Origin: Acidobacteriota bacterium
GTDB lineage: Bacteria; Acidobacteriota; UBA6911; RPQK01; JAJDTT01
Assembly: GCA_965217775.1 (NCBI GenBank)
Contig: CBDCJH010000002.1
Span: 2,656,001 to 2,720,000, forward strand
DNA: 64,000 bases
Reading direction: 5' to 3'
Below, one piece after another: positions 28,073-40,330 of the stretch. The notes below the pieces were generated by a model. It was not told where the DNA came from and searched no databases. It was given only the letters and a program-made list of their open reading frames with translations. Positions within the stretch are counted from its first letter, which is position 1. Each line of letters opens with the position of its first letter. A program made the translations under genes and the position numbers.

Positions 28073-30426
28073 CTTACTTCCTCTCCCCGCCTCATCCGGA
28101 ACGGCATGCTGTTGGCGATCTCCAACACCAAGCGGGACAAACGGTAGTAATCGTGCTCCAATCCCAGGAGGATCTTGTCGACGGCGGGCCGGTCATACTC
28201 TTCCAATCCCCGTCCTAGGGCATAGGTTAGCATCTTCTCAGTCAGGCAGCGAGCGAAGTCCTTCCGGTCCTCCACCAGGATGGCCCGGAGCTCCGACGGG
28301 TTGGTGAAGGATCGTCCCCCAGGAAGGGTCCCGGCGGAGTCGATGGGAAATTTTCCCTGACGGGTTCGCCAAGCGCCCACCGGATCGTAGTTTTCCAGTC
28401 CGAAACCCAGGGCATCCATCTTGATGTGGCAGGAGGCGCAGCCCGGGTTGGAGCGGTGCTGTTCCAACTGTTCCCGCAACGTCGCCTCGAACCCCACCTT
28501 CCCCGCCTCCAACTCGGGAATCCCGGGAGGAGGATCGGGCGGCGGCGTCCCGAGAATGTTCTCCAGCAGCCACTTTCCGCGGAGCACCGGCGAGGTGCGC
28601 GTGGGGTAGGACGACAGCGTGAGGACGCTCGCTTGGGTCAGGATGCCGGAACGCTGGAGGCCGTCGAGCTCGACCCGCCGGAAGTGGTCGCCCTCGATGC
28701 CCTCGATCCCGTAGTGACGCGCCAGGCGCTGGTTCAGAAAGCTGAACTTGGCGTCCAGGAAGTCCAGAATGCTCAGGTTCTCGCTCAGGACCGTATCGAA
28801 GAAGAGCTCCGTCTCCCGCCTCATGGAGGCGCGCAAGGGGGCGTCGAAGTCGGGGAAAAGGTCCGGATCGGGGCGGACCTCCTCCAGGTTTCGGAGCTCC
28901 AGCCATTGTCCGGCGAAATTCTCGGCCAGCGCCCGCGCCTTGGGATCGGACAGCATGCGCCGAACCTGCGCCTTCAGGACTGCCGGATCGTTCAGTTCCG
29001 AGCTCTCGGCCAAACGAAACAGCTCGTCGTCGGGCATGCTGCTCCAGATGAAATAGGAGAGCCGGGCCGCCATTTCGTGGGAGTCGATCTCGTGGGCCAA
29101 GTGCGGATCGGTGGGATCGGGGTCCCGCTCGATACGAAACAGGAAGTGGGGTGAGACCAGGACCGCCCGGACCGCCACGCGGATCGCCTGGGCGAAGGAA
29201 TCCCCCTCCTTGCAGGCCATCTCCACCAACCGCAGAACCGATTCGACTTCCCCTTCCCGAACCGGCCGCCGGTAGGCCCGGCGCAGCAACTGCTTCAGAA
29301 TCCGCCGGGCGCAATCCGGCTGGTAACCGCCGTCGGGGTCGCCGCAGATCATGAGCCTGCGGTGGCTTTCGGTCACGGGAAGGGGCCGTGCCTTCAACGG
29401 GCCCAGGAGCAGGAAATTGTCCACGAAAAGTTTCCGCTCTCCCTTGTACGAACTCTTGGGATCCTCGACCTGCGGGATGTTCTCCATGCCGTCGGAGATG
29501 AAGTGGGCATACAGTTCCAGCTTTCGCCCGTCGGCGTCCAGGGTGACGTCGAAGGTCCCCCGGTCGTAGACGTCGGGTTCCACCTCGAAGGTCTTCATCC
29601 GGTTGCCGGCGAAGGACACTGCCATGATGCCGTTCGCCGGCATGGGCGGAGGAGGCTCATCCTTCTTGGGCCGGTACCGGCGATCCACGACCCGGACCCG
29701 GAGTTCGTATTCGCCCACGGTCGGAAATTCGTGATCGATCCGGTAGTCCCCGGCGGGGAAAAAGCCCTCGTGTTCCGCCTCCCGGGGCGCCAGGTATTTC
29801 ACCAGGGTCGCCTCCACCGGAGGCCGGGCGACGATGGCCGCTTCGGCGATCCGCTCCGCCGCCGCCATGTATTTCTCCATCAGGATCGGGGGTAGCGAGA
29901 GCACGTCTCCAATGTTGTCGAAGCCGTAACCCGAGTCGTCCGCCGGAAAGTCGGCCGCAGGTTTGATATCGACGCCCAACAGACCACGGACCGTGTTGTT
30001 GTATTCCGCCCGGTTCAGCCGCCGGGCCGTGACGCGACCCGGGTCGGGCCGACTTCCACCGGTAGCATCGACCGAGTTCCCGCCAAGGCTTCGGATCCAC
30101 GCTAGGACCGCCTCGACGGCCTTGGGCTCGGGCCGGGCCTGGCCGGGGGGCGGCATCTCGCCGCGGACCAGCTTCTCGCGAACCTGTTTCCAGAGGGCCG
30201 ACTTCCGCGGACCGGGACCGGACTCGGGAAAGGCGTCCAACTCCAGTCCCCCCGTCTTCAGTTGGCGATTGTGACAACTGACGCAGTTCCGGTTCAGGAA
30301 AGGCAGGACGGAGTCCCGAAAGGCGTGGTCGTCTCCGGCCTTGGCCCGCGTCGCCGCTTCCAGCGGTGCGAATCCCTGGAGGACCAGAACCAACGACAGG
30401 AAAAGGGAGAGTAAAGGGCGACTCAT
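28069..30426 (-). CDS. DUF1592/1588/1595/1587/1585 protein with planctomycete-type cytochrome c motifs
   Basis: CVSCH, MPP, RRLNRAEYNNTV, GFDN, SPHFLFR, RLSYFIWSSMPD, TSPVLRG, CASCH, TYALGR. Confidence 0.92.
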   Translation of the reverse strand: MSRPLLSLFLSLVLVLQGFAPLEAATRAKAGDDHAFRDSVLPFLNRNCVSCHNRQLKTGGLELDAFPESGPGPRKSALWKQVREKLVRGEMPPPGQARPEPKAVEAVLAWIRSLGGNSVDATGGSRPDPGRVTARRLNRAEYNNTVRGLLGVDIKPAADFPADDSGYGFDNIGDVLSLPPILMEKYMAAAERIAEAAIVARPPVEATLVKYLAPREAEHEGFFPAGDYRIDHEFPTVGEYELRVRVVDRRYRPKKDEPPPPMPANGIMAVSFAGNRMKTFEVEPDVYDRGTFDVTLDADGRKLELYAHFISDGMENIPQVEDPKSSYKGERKLFVDNFLLLGPLKARPLPVTESHRRLMICGDPDGGYQPDCARRILKQLLRRAYRRPVREGEVESVLRLVEMACKEGDSFAQAIRVAVRAVLVSPHFLFRIERDPDPTDPHLAHEIDSHEMAARLSYFIWSSMPDDELFRLAESSELNDPAVLKAQVRRMLSDPKARALAENFAGQWLELRNLEEVRPDPDLFPDFDAPLRASMRRETELFFDTVLSENLSILDFLDAKFSFLNQRLARHYGIEGIEGDHFRRVELDGLQRSGILTQASVLTLSSYPTRTSPVLRGKWLLENILGTPPPDPPPGIPELEAGKVGFEATLREQLEQHRSNPGCASCHIKMDALGFGLENYDPVGAWRTRQGKFPIDSAGTLPGGRSFTNPSELRAILVEDRKDFARCLTEKMLTYALGRGLEEYDRPAVDKILLGLEHDYYRLSRLVLEIANSMPFRMRRGEEVR

Positions 30427-30619
30427 GGGAAACTCCTGGAAATATAACCCAAGTCCCGGACACAGGAAAAGGCGGCGGCCGAGCCGTTGCGGCAGGAGCG
30501 AGACCGTATCTCCTTCACTTATTGAGGATTAGGCCGACCGAATCCCCTCCCCGAACGGACTCTGGTACGATCCTTCCGGCACGGGACCTTAACCTACGAA
30601 ACCTCGGGAGAACTGAAAG

Positions 30620-33373
30620 ATGGCGCTTGCCGATTCCCATTGTCGTGCGACCGGGCTTGGGAAACGCGAAACGAAAAAACTGCCTCGCCTGTCCCGGCTC
30701 TTCGCCTTAGTGTTTGCATCCCTTCTGCTGGCGGAGTCCCTGCCGGCGGTGGTGACCCTGAAAGTCGGCAGCAGCGGAGGCGTCGTTCCCTTCCCTCACT
30801 CCAACGGGCGGCAGATCGGAAGGAACGGGGACGGTCTCTGGTTCGTCGCCTACGACGGCAAGTCCTCGGGCGGCAGAACCGTCTTTCTGGCCGTCTCCAA
30901 GAGCGGCGATCCCGAGTTCGCCGGCGACTTTCACCCGCCCGTGGCCCTGGCCGGAGGTTCCCCCGAGAATCGCGTCGCAGGTGCGGAAGGCGAGGCCAGT
31001 GCGGTCAGCTTCGTCCTCGACGGGGACGACATGCTGCACCTGCTCTGGCAGGGCACCGGTCCCGACGCGATCTGGTACAGTCGCTCAGAAGTCTCCGGAG
31101 CCGACGCGGCCGACAAGATCCGCGATGCCGGCAACTGGGAGCCGGCCCAACGGGTCGACGACTCGGCGAAGGACCCTCGAATGGGAGACCTCGCCGTCGA
31201 CGAAGCGGGGCGGCTCTGGATCACCTACAGCCAAGCGTCGTCTATTGCAGACGGCTACTCGCGCCTCCAGGACGGCGGAGTCGTGTACAACCGCCACAAC
31301 GGACGCAAGGAGTCGGAAGAGATTTGGATGGCCACGCCGTCGGACCGAGGCTGGACCCGCAAGGTCCTGACCCTTCCGGGTGCCTTCCGGGCGCCGGTGA
31401 TGGACCTGGACCCCAGCGGCACGCTCCACATGGCTTTCACCCGGGACGACTCCTGGCTCCTCTACTATCTCCAGATCCCAGACTTGGCCAAATCCTTCTC
31501 CGACGACCGGGACCTGACCCGGATCCTGCCTCACGGCCCCTGGAGCGGGACCGGTTATGTGAACTACAGCGTGGTCGGGTGGGGGAAACGGGCGCTGGTG
31601 GTCTTCGAGAAATCGGAACACGTCATCCTCTACGCCTATTTCGACGGCCGGAACTGGACCCGGAAGCCGCTGCACTACGGCCGGGACAAGTTCCACCGTC
31701 CCCAACTGGCCCGCGACGAGTACGGCGTCGCCTGGGTCTTCTGGTCCAATTCGACCCGCGGCCACACCTTCTACTCGCGTTGGCTGGGAAACGGCTTCGG
31801 CGCCCCCTACGAAAGTCGCACCCTGGCCGGCGACCCTCTGCTTCACAAAGAAGCCACCAACATTCTTCCCAACGAGCTGTCGGCGGGACCCGCGTTGAGC
31901 GACTTCCACACGGTCCAGAAGGAGATGTCACCCGGCTCCGGGAGTCTGGGGATGACACTGGCCGCCACCGGCTCGACCGGCGGCGGGGTCTTTTTCGACC
32001 GGATGGCGGTCCCGGACCTGAAGGTGGAGGCGGGCCGCAAAGTCCTCTTCCTGGACATGCTGGAGGTGAGCGAGACCAACGGACTGATCGAGAGCTTCCA
32101 ACCCATGAAGAAGCATCCGGCCAACCCGGTGCTTAGAACCGGTCCTCCGGGCAGTTTCGACAGTCTCCGCGCCCACGCCTACGGAGAGATCCTCTACGAC
32201 GGGGGGCGATTCCGGATGTGGTACTCGGGCCTATCTCAGGAGTACACGACGAACCAGCGGTCTCCTCATTACGTGGGCTACGCCGAGAGCCCCGACGGGG
32301 TGAACTGGGTCAAGCCCAATCTGAACCAGGTGGAATACAAGGGGTCCAAAGCCAACAACATCATGGACATGAGCGGGGATGGCGGGAGCGCCTACATGCC
32401 CATGGTGGTCAAGGACGAACGGGAGCCGGATCCCGAGCGCCGCTACAAGGCCATCGTGGCCACACGAGGCAATCCGCTCCTCTATTCACCCGACGGCATT
32501 CACTGGACCCGGGGCGGCCGCGTCCAGATGTCGTTCGGCGACCGGCGCAATCTCTTCTACGACCATCTGGAACCAAAACCGGAGCGTCGCTGGAAGGTGT
32601 ACTCCCATTGCGCGAGAGAGACCTACAAATGGGTCCGTATGACCTGCGTTTACTGGAGCCCCGACCTTCTGGAGTGGACCAGCGATCCCAGGAACCCCAA
32701 CATGATGCCCCGTGCCGGCCTGGAGGCGGAGCAGCATCTGACCTCGGTCTGGCCGGACGCCGGCATCTATCCCGGCGTGTTCGACATCTGGGGCCCCGAC
32801 CACCGGATGCCCCAGCAGTTGATCGTCAGCCGGGACGGAGTCAATTTTGTCCATGTCTTCGACGGGCGGCCCGTGATCGAATTGGGCCGGGACGGAGAAT
32901 GGGACGCCGGCTGGGTCTCTCCCGTGAACGTCCCCTTGGAAGTCAAGGGCGAACTCTGGTTCTACTATTCCGGCAGCGCCACCACCATCGGATGGTTCCA
33001 CGATTGGATCATGACTCCCATGTACACCGGTCTGGCCACCATCCGCCGGGACGGGTTCGTCAGCCTGGAGGTGGCGGGGAGGTCCGAGTCCGGTTCCTGG
33101 ACCACCATCCCCCTGAAGCCGACGGGGGCGCCCCTGGAATTGGAACTGAATGCAACGGGACTCTATCGAGGCCGAGGCCGGATTCTCGTGGAGCTGTTGC
33201 AGGGGGACCGGGTCGTGGCTCGGAGCAACGCCGTAACCGGTGACGGCCTGGCGGTGCCGGTCTCCTGGCCCTACGGGGGAGAACAGCTCAGTCTTCCCAC
33301 CAGCGGAGAACCGCTCCGGCTGCGATTCCATCTGGAGGGTCACGCCCGGCTCTACAGCTTTTCCTTCAGGTGA
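30620..33373 (+). CDS. Large secreted double beta-propeller protein; C-terminal half paralogous to 16388-18040
   Basis: Signal-like segment; LFLD, KHPANP, FRMWY, YAESPDGVNWVKPNL, SRDG, DGFVS, LYSFSF. Confidence 0.65.
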   Translation: MALADSHCRATGLGKRETKKLPRLSRLFALVFASLLLAESLPAVVTLKVGSSGGVVPFPHSNGRQIGRNGDGLWFVAYDGKSSGGRTVFLAVSKSGDPEFAGDFHPPVALAGGSPENRVAGAEGEASAVSFVLDGDDMLHLLWQGTGPDAIWYSRSEVSGADAADKIRDAGNWEPAQRVDDSAKDPRMGDLAVDEAGRLWITYSQASSIADGYSRLQDGGVVYNRHNGRKESEEIWMATPSDRGWTRKVLTLPGAFRAPVMDLDPSGTLHMAFTRDDSWLLYYLQIPDLAKSFSDDRDLTRILPHGPWSGTGYVNYSVVGWGKRALVVFEKSEHVILYAYFDGRNWTRKPLHYGRDKFHRPQLARDEYGVAWVFWSNSTRGHTFYSRWLGNGFGAPYESRTLAGDPLLHKEATNILPNELSAGPALSDFHTVQKEMSPGSGSLGMTLAATGSTGGGVFFDRMAVPDLKVEAGRKVLFLDMLEVSETNGLIESFQPMKKHPANPVLRTGPPGSFDSLRAHAYGEILYDGGRFRMWYSGLSQEYTTNQRSPHYVGYAESPDGVNWVKPNLNQVEYKGSKANNIMDMSGDGGSAYMPMVVKDEREPDPERRYKAIVATRGNPLLYSPDGIHWTRGGRVQMSFGDRRNLFYDHLEPKPERRWKVYSHCARETYKWVRMTCVYWSPDLLEWTSDPRNPNMMPRAGLEAEQHLTSVWPDAGIYPGVFDIWGPDHRMPQQLIVSRDGVNFVHVFDGRPVIELGRDGEWDAGWVSPVNVPLEVKGELWFYYSGSATTIGWFHDWIMTPMYTGLATIRRDGFVSLEVAGRSESGSWTTIPLKPTGAPLELELNATGLYRGRGRILVELLQGDRVVARSNAVTGDGLAVPVSWPYGGEQLSLPTSGEPLRLRFHLEGHARLYSFSFR

Positions 33374-33409
33374 TTCCGCGGAGCCGTGCCCCGGCCGGAT
33401 GCCGGTGTA

Positions 33410-34708
33410 ATGCGAAATCCCATCTCGACTGAGACGCGCACGCGCATTCTCACCATGTTCGCCCTGGTGTTCGCCGGGGAGATGATGTACAGCCTGCCGT
33501 TTCACATTCTTCGTTTCTTCCGACCGACCGTGCTCGAAGTCTTCGACTTTTCCAATGCCGACCTGGGTGACATCTTCGCGCCCTACGGCATCACCGCGAT
33601 GCTCTGCTATTTCCCGGGAGGGATTCTCGCCGACCGCTTCTCGGCCCGTAAGCTGATGAGCATTTCGCTCGTGGTCACGGCCGCGGGCGGTCTCTATCTC
33701 ATGACCCTGCCCGGGATCCTGGGCATGTCGATCCTGTATGCGTTCTGGGGGGTGACGAGCGTGCTCCTTTTCTGGTGCGCCCTGATCCGCGCGACCCGGG
33801 AGTGGGGGGGACAACTCGCTCAAGGCCGGGGATTCGGCCTCCTGGACGGTGGCCGCGGTCTGATCGCGGCACTGTTCGCCAGCGGCGGCGTCGTTCTGCT
33901 CAGCCTCCGAATCGGAGCCGATCCGACGATCGCCGACCCGGCCGAACGCGCGGCCGCCCTGCAGACGGTCATCCTCTTCTACACCATCTCCACTCTGGCG
34001 GCAGCAGCCGCGGTGTGGTGGCTCATACCCGAAACGCCCTCGGGCTCGCCAGTGCGCCGACGGCAGACCTGGGCGAACGTCCGGAAAGTTCTCGGCATTC
34101 GCGCGGTGTGGCTGCAGGCCGTCATCGTGATCTGCGCGTACTGCGGCTTCAAGGGACTCGACAACTATTCCCTCTACTACTACGAAGTGCTGGGCATGAA
34201 CGAGACCGATGCCGCCGGTTTCGCCGCCACTACAGGCTACCTCCGTCCCGGCGGCGCCATCCTCGCCGGAATCGTGGGAGACCGATTCGGGATCGCCTGG
34301 ACGACCACGGTGCTGTTCACGTCCCTTGCCGCCAGTTGGGCCTTACTCGCTTTCCTGGGGACGAGTCCGGAACTCGTGGTGATCCTGTACGCGAACCTGA
34401 TTGTGACCATCTTCGGTGTGTACGCGCTGCGCGGCCTCTACTTCGCCCTTCTGGAGCAGACCCGCGTGCCCCATGCGCTGACCGGGACCGCGGTCGGCGT
34501 GATCTCCCTGGTGGGCTATACGCCGGACATCTTCTACTACATGATCGCCGGCCGGCTCTTGGACGCAACACCCGGGATCGGCGGGCATCAACACTACTTC
34601 CTCCTGCTCTCGGGCCTGGCGACTGTGGGGCTCGCCGCCGCCGCCATCCTGCACCATGGTCACGGGCGCCGGATTGGACGGAGAAGTCCAGGAAGCGCCG
34701 TCAATTAG
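33410..34708 (+). CDS. MFS transporter
   Basis: GGILADRFSARKL, GIVGDRFG, about 12 hydrophobic segments. Confidence 0.9.
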   Translation: MRNPISTETRTRILTMFALVFAGEMMYSLPFHILRFFRPTVLEVFDFSNADLGDIFAPYGITAMLCYFPGGILADRFSARKLMSISLVVTAAGGLYLMTLPGILGMSILYAFWGVTSVLLFWCALIRATREWGGQLAQGRGFGLLDGGRGLIAALFASGGVVLLSLRIGADPTIADPAERAAALQTVILFYTISTLAAAAAVWWLIPETPSGSPVRRRQTWANVRKVLGIRAVWLQAVIVICAYCGFKGLDNYSLYYYEVLGMNETDAAGFAATTGYLRPGGAILAGIVGDRFGIAWTTTVLFTSLAASWALLAFLGTSPELVVILYANLIVTIFGVYALRGLYFALLEQTRVPHALTGTAVGVISLVGYTPDIFYYMIAGRLLDATPGIGGHQHYFLLLSGLATVGLAAAAILHHGHGRRIGRRSPGSAVN

Positions 34709-34751
34709 GAGACCGGCCAACTCGCGGGGACGATCTGGAACTCGATTCGTC

Positions 34752-36665
34752 TCAGTCCTTGTCCTGACCGCCGCTTCTCAACTGCTGCTCCAGCAGGTTC
34801 CCGGCGACCTCCAGGAAGTCCCGGTAGGTAACGATGCCCACCAGACGATTGTCCTGAACCACTGGAAGGCATCCGATTCTCTCGCGGCGCATAAGGGCGA
34901 TGGCTTCCACCGTCAACGTCTCCGGAGTGACGGTGATGGGATCCGGCTTCATGATCCGGCGGACCGGCTCCATCTTGCGTTGTCCGGCGCCCTGGCGGAT
35001 GAAGAAGCTGAAGATGGTGCGATAGGAGACCAGTCCCACCAGGCGGTTCCGTTCGTCCTCCACCGGGATGTGCCGGACCCGCTTCCAGTCCATGATATTG
35101 GCGGCCAGATCGATGGGGTCCTCCGGCTGGACCGTGAACACCTCCGCGGTCATGTATTGCTCGATCCTTCTGTAGTGAGCCCGCCAGTCGCCTCCCTCGT
35201 CCGATTCGGCCAACGGCCAGGAATGCACGGGTTTCCCTTGCCTCTGGCGCCGGTGAGTGGCTGCTGTCAGGGCCACCAGAGTCCCGCCCCGGCGCCGGCT
35301 GCCCCCCATTCGGGAATACGATCGCAGCAGCCAGTCCGCTCCCGTCCGGCCCTTCTCCGCACGATTTTCGATGACGCCCAGGTAACGCTCGATGTCCTCG
35401 GCGCGGATGCCGCGGTGCCGGAGCCCCTCCCTGGCCAAGGGCAGGAGCCGCCGGACAATCAGCTCGGGAGCGAGCATGGATTCTCCATCCAGCCAGACCA
35501 GCTGCGCGTTCAGGCCCGAACGAGCGGCCGACTGGAAGTTGGACTTGACCTCCCCAAAGGAGATCCGGGTGGTGACGTCGTCGTGCTCCTGGGCCACGCC
35601 CGTGACCAAGCCGCAGAAGAAGGCGGCGTTGGCCACCTCATCCAGCACCGAGGGACCGGCCGGAAGGACTCGATTCTCGATTCGCAGATGGGCCCGGCCC
35701 TGGTGAACTCCGTAACAGGGCCGATTCCAGCGGTAGACGGTGCCGTTGAACAGGCTGAGCGCCTTGAGCTTCGGCAGCCGGTTGCGGGAAAGCGCCTGAA
35801 TCGGATCCTCCGTTTTCTTGACCTTCATCAGAGCCCGGAAATGGGTCACGTCCTCTTGGAAAATATCCAGCACCGAACCTCGAACCCAGCGGTCCCCGAA
35901 ACCGACCCGAGGTCTCGCGTTGCGCGGATAGGCGAATGGCCGGCGCGTGTCGACGGAGAGTTGGAAGAGGGCGATCCGGGTTTCCTGCCAGAGTCTCTTG
36001 CCCAGCAGGAGAGGAGAGTTGACGGCGGCGGCCAGCACCGGCGCCGTCGCCAACTGGGCGATGTTGTAATAGCGGGGAAACTGATCCGGAGGGACTTGAA
36101 GGTGCACCTGGAAGCTGGTGTTGCAGGCCTCCAACATGATGGTCCTGACCTTGACCATCAATTCGTCGATCCCCCGGATGCGCAGGGAATGAGTCTCGCC
36201 GCGCAGCTTGGTGATCGCCTCCGAGAGGGTATGATAACGCTGTTGCGGGCTCATGTTCCGGTTGGTGAGCTGAGACAGGGTGAGAGTGGGCAAGATGCCC
36301 GCGAGCAGGATCCGCGCCCCGTGAGCGCGGGCCAGGACGGCCAGCTCCTCGATCGAACTGTTGAGCTGGCGCTCCGTCTCTTCCAGACAGCCGTCCCGGA
36401 ATTCCAGGGGATCGAAGTTGATCTCCAGATTGAATCGCCCCAACTCGTGGGTGACGTGGGGATTCCGGTTGTCCTCCAGAATCCGGGGACCCACGGGAGC
36501 CGGCTGCCAGGAGTCGTCCACCAGGAAGAGTTCCTGCTCGATGCCGATTCTCCTCGGGCCCGACTCGATCTTGCCCTGCTCGAGCATCAGACCAAGGGCT
36601 CGAAGGTCATCGAGCACAGAGTCCATGAAGCTCTGCGGATTCCCCGTGTCCGCCAGTTCGTCCAT
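34752..36665 (-). CDS. Glutamate-cysteine ligase family 2 (GCS2) protein fused to a C-terminal CBS pair
   Basis: RIGIEQELFLVD, ELGRFNLEIN, NTSFQVHLQ, NSP, RWNRP, LRIENR; two CBS repeats (RHIPV...LVGLVS, GCLPVV...LVGIVT). Confidence 0.88.
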   Translation of the reverse strand: MDELADTGNPQSFMDSVLDDLRALGLMLEQGKIESGPRRIGIEQELFLVDDSWQPAPVGPRILEDNRNPHVTHELGRFNLEINFDPLEFRDGCLEETERQLNSSIEELAVLARAHGARILLAGILPTLTLSQLTNRNMSPQQRYHTLSEAITKLRGETHSLRIRGIDELMVKVRTIMLEACNTSFQVHLQVPPDQFPRYYNIAQLATAPVLAAAVNSPLLLGKRLWQETRIALFQLSVDTRRPFAYPRNARPRVGFGDRWVRGSVLDIFQEDVTHFRALMKVKKTEDPIQALSRNRLPKLKALSLFNGTVYRWNRPCYGVHQGRAHLRIENRVLPAGPSVLDEVANAAFFCGLVTGVAQEHDDVTTRISFGEVKSNFQSAARSGLNAQLVWLDGESMLAPELIVRRLLPLAREGLRHRGIRAEDIERYLGVIENRAEKGRTGADWLLRSYSRMGGSRRRGGTLVALTAATHRRQRQGKPVHSWPLAESDEGGDWRAHYRRIEQYMTAEVFTVQPEDPIDLAANIMDWKRVRHIPVEDERNRLVGLVSYRTIFSFFIRQGAGQRKMEPVRRIMKPDPITVTPETLTVEAIALMRRERIGCLPVVQDNRLVGIVTYRDFLEVAGNLLEQQLRSGGQDKD

Positions 36666-36713
36666 CCGTAATCCTCGTGTCCGTCCGTTGGAACGGGAAA
36701 GGACGCTTCCGGG

Positions 36714-38288
36714 TCAATCGCCGGGACCGGAAAAGAAATCGACGTTCTTCCGCACGAGTTCCGGCGACCAGATGCGAATCCGGGACACCTTTCCGGTGTC
36801 GTCGAACGAGCCCACGCCGATCCACCCTTCAGCGAACGTCTGGTCCTGGGCGCTCATGACGGGCTTGGACATATCGTTGACGAAAACCTGAATGGAGCCG
36901 CTCTCCAGGTCGCGCCGGATCCGGACCTGGTGCCAGTCCCTCTCCCCCCAGTCGTGTCCGGCGGTCGTCGTCGTGGAGATCTTCACCCGTGCCTCGCCGT
37001 TGACCAGAAAGATGTTGTGGGCGTGGTCGTCGGTCCGGGAAGCGATGTGGGCGTAGTAGAAGTGCGCCGGGTCCTGGAAACCGAAGAAGAAACAGAGATC
37101 CCGGTGACCGTATTCCCGGCCCGTCTGCCGGACCCGCAGATCCACGACGAAACTGCCGAATTGCTGGCGATCGACCAGCGCGATGTTCAGGGGGGAACGG
37201 TGCGGAGGCTGGTACCGGCTCTGCCGAAAATGCTCCAAGGCCGGCTCTCCCTGGCTTCGGACGGAGTAGCGCCACGCCCCCGGATCGGAGAAGACGAAGT
37301 TCCGGAGCGCCTCTTTACTCCCCATTCCCTGGTTGTAGAGCAACCGGTGCCCCGCCGGCACTTCGGGCCCGGGCGCCGGCGTCAGATCCACCATCACGAC
37401 CTCGGTCGTCGTGGGGAACCGATCGGGCACGGGAAGGGTGACCCGATCCTTGGCCAACCACTCGACGCTACGGGTGAAAATGGTCTGAAAACCCACGCAG
37501 TGCAGCGAGTTCCGGTGTTCCTGTCCGGGCCAGTGGTGCCCCATCAGGTTGGTGACGACCCGGCCCTGGCCGTAGGGGATCACCCAGACCAGGGGCTCGT
37601 GCTGGCCGGACCCGGATTGCTTCGGGTCGGAATAGGCGGAAGCCAGAACCGTCATGTCCAAGGCCGGTCCCCGCTGACCATGGTAAAGCTCGTCGGTGGC
37701 GTGCATCCAGCGGACCGGAATTCCCTTCATGATGGGATGCTCCGGTTTCCGGATCCGGACCAGGTAGGAATGCCGCCGCCCGTGTCCGCCGCCGATGCCG
37801 GTGCCTCGGAGGATGCGCAGAAGCCGGCCGCTGGCGTCGTCGACGGCGATGGCGTCGCCGTAGTCCCGGTCCCGCCATCCCAGGCCGATCATCCGGTTGT
37901 ACTCGGTCCATTCGGGAAAGGCGTTGTTGGCGGCGTGGATGATCGCCAGACCCCCTCCGGAGTGGACGTACTCCTCCAACGCCTCCTGCACCGCTCTGGG
38001 CCACGGTTGACCGTTGTAGTTGCTGACGACGACGTCGAACGCCCGGAAATCAGGCCACCAGCGGCGCCAGGCGCCGGGTTCCGCTTCCTGGGGCGGGCTG
38101 GTGGCAGTGACGACCTGGAACAGACCGGTACGCTCCAGTGCGCCGCGGAGCGATTCGCTGGTCTCGACCCAGTTGTGGTTGTTCTGCCCGTCGAGCAGAA
38201 GAACTCGAATCTTCCCTTCCCCTCGGAGTTCCCCGTCCGGAATGAGCAATGAGAGGCAAATCAGGCAGCAGGTCCATATCCGAATCAT
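36714..38288 (-). CDS. Secreted ThuA-like (class I GATase fold) protein with a C-terminal ConA/DUF1080-like domain
   Basis: LDGQNNHNW, GGGLAIIHAA, DELY, YGQGRV..NLMGH; C-terminal WHQVRI, GWIGVGSFDD. Confidence 0.78.
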   Translation of the reverse strand: MIRIWTCCLICLSLLIPDGELRGEGKIRVLLLDGQNNHNWVETSESLRGALERTGLFQVVTATSPPQEAEPGAWRRWWPDFRAFDVVVSNYNGQPWPRAVQEALEEYVHSGGGLAIIHAANNAFPEWTEYNRMIGLGWRDRDYGDAIAVDDASGRLLRILRGTGIGGGHGRRHSYLVRIRKPEHPIMKGIPVRWMHATDELYHGQRGPALDMTVLASAYSDPKQSGSGQHEPLVWVIPYGQGRVVTNLMGHHWPGQEHRNSLHCVGFQTIFTRSVEWLAKDRVTLPVPDRFPTTTEVVMVDLTPAPGPEVPAGHRLLYNQGMGSKEALRNFVFSDPGAWRYSVRSQGEPALEHFRQSRYQPPHRSPLNIALVDRQQFGSFVVDLRVRQTGREYGHRDLCFFFGFQDPAHFYYAHIASRTDDHAHNIFLVNGEARVKISTTTTAGHDWGERDWHQVRIRRDLESGSIQVFVNDMSKPVMSAQDQTFAEGWIGVGSFDDTGKVSRIRIWSPELVRKNVDFFSGPGD

Positions 38289-38503
38289 GATCGGTTCCAC
38301 CTCCTCGTTTCAGTCCGGCAACCGACCCTTGGAGCTCAGCCGGAGGCCGGTCGGGAATCTCGTTCGAGAGGGAATTGTATGGAGACACGGTAGATCCGAC
38401 AAGTCAGGGGCGCCCGTGAGAGGCGGGGCAGTCGGCTCCATTCTCCGTTATTCTAAGTCTGGAGCAACGGTACGCCGGAAGTGCCGAAACTGGAGAAGTT
38501 TGA

Positions 38504-40098
<1,595 letters not shown>

Positions 40099-40102
<4 letters not shown>

Positions 40103-40201
40103 GAACGGCGATTTCCCAACCGCCGATGGGAGCGGCGGTTTCCAACCGCCGAACTCCCGACGAAACATGGGGGAACGGGCGACTGAAAGTCGCCCCTCCT
40201 T
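40099..40201. repeat. REP/REPIN cluster overlapping the pckA stop codon
   Basis: GTAGGAACGGCGATTTCCCAACCGCCG, TGGGAGCGGCGGTTTCCAACCGCCG, and inverted GGGCGACTGAAAGTCGCCCCTCCT. Confidence 0.85.
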
Positions 40202-40213
40202 GGAAACTCCCTC

Positions 40214-40330
40214 CTAGGAGGCTGTCCGAGAACTCGAAAAATCACGATCCCGAAAAACCTATCTCCTTATAAATCAATAACTTAAATTTGGATATTTGGA
40301 CGAACATCGCATTCTCGGACAGGCTCCTAG
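40214..40330. mobile_element. MITE-like element M2, CTAG-bounded with AT-rich core
   Basis: CTAGGAGGCTGTCCGAGAA ... TTCTCGGACAGGCTCCTAG; internal AATCAATAACTTA fits the IHF consensus WATCAANNNNTTR. Confidence 0.75.
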
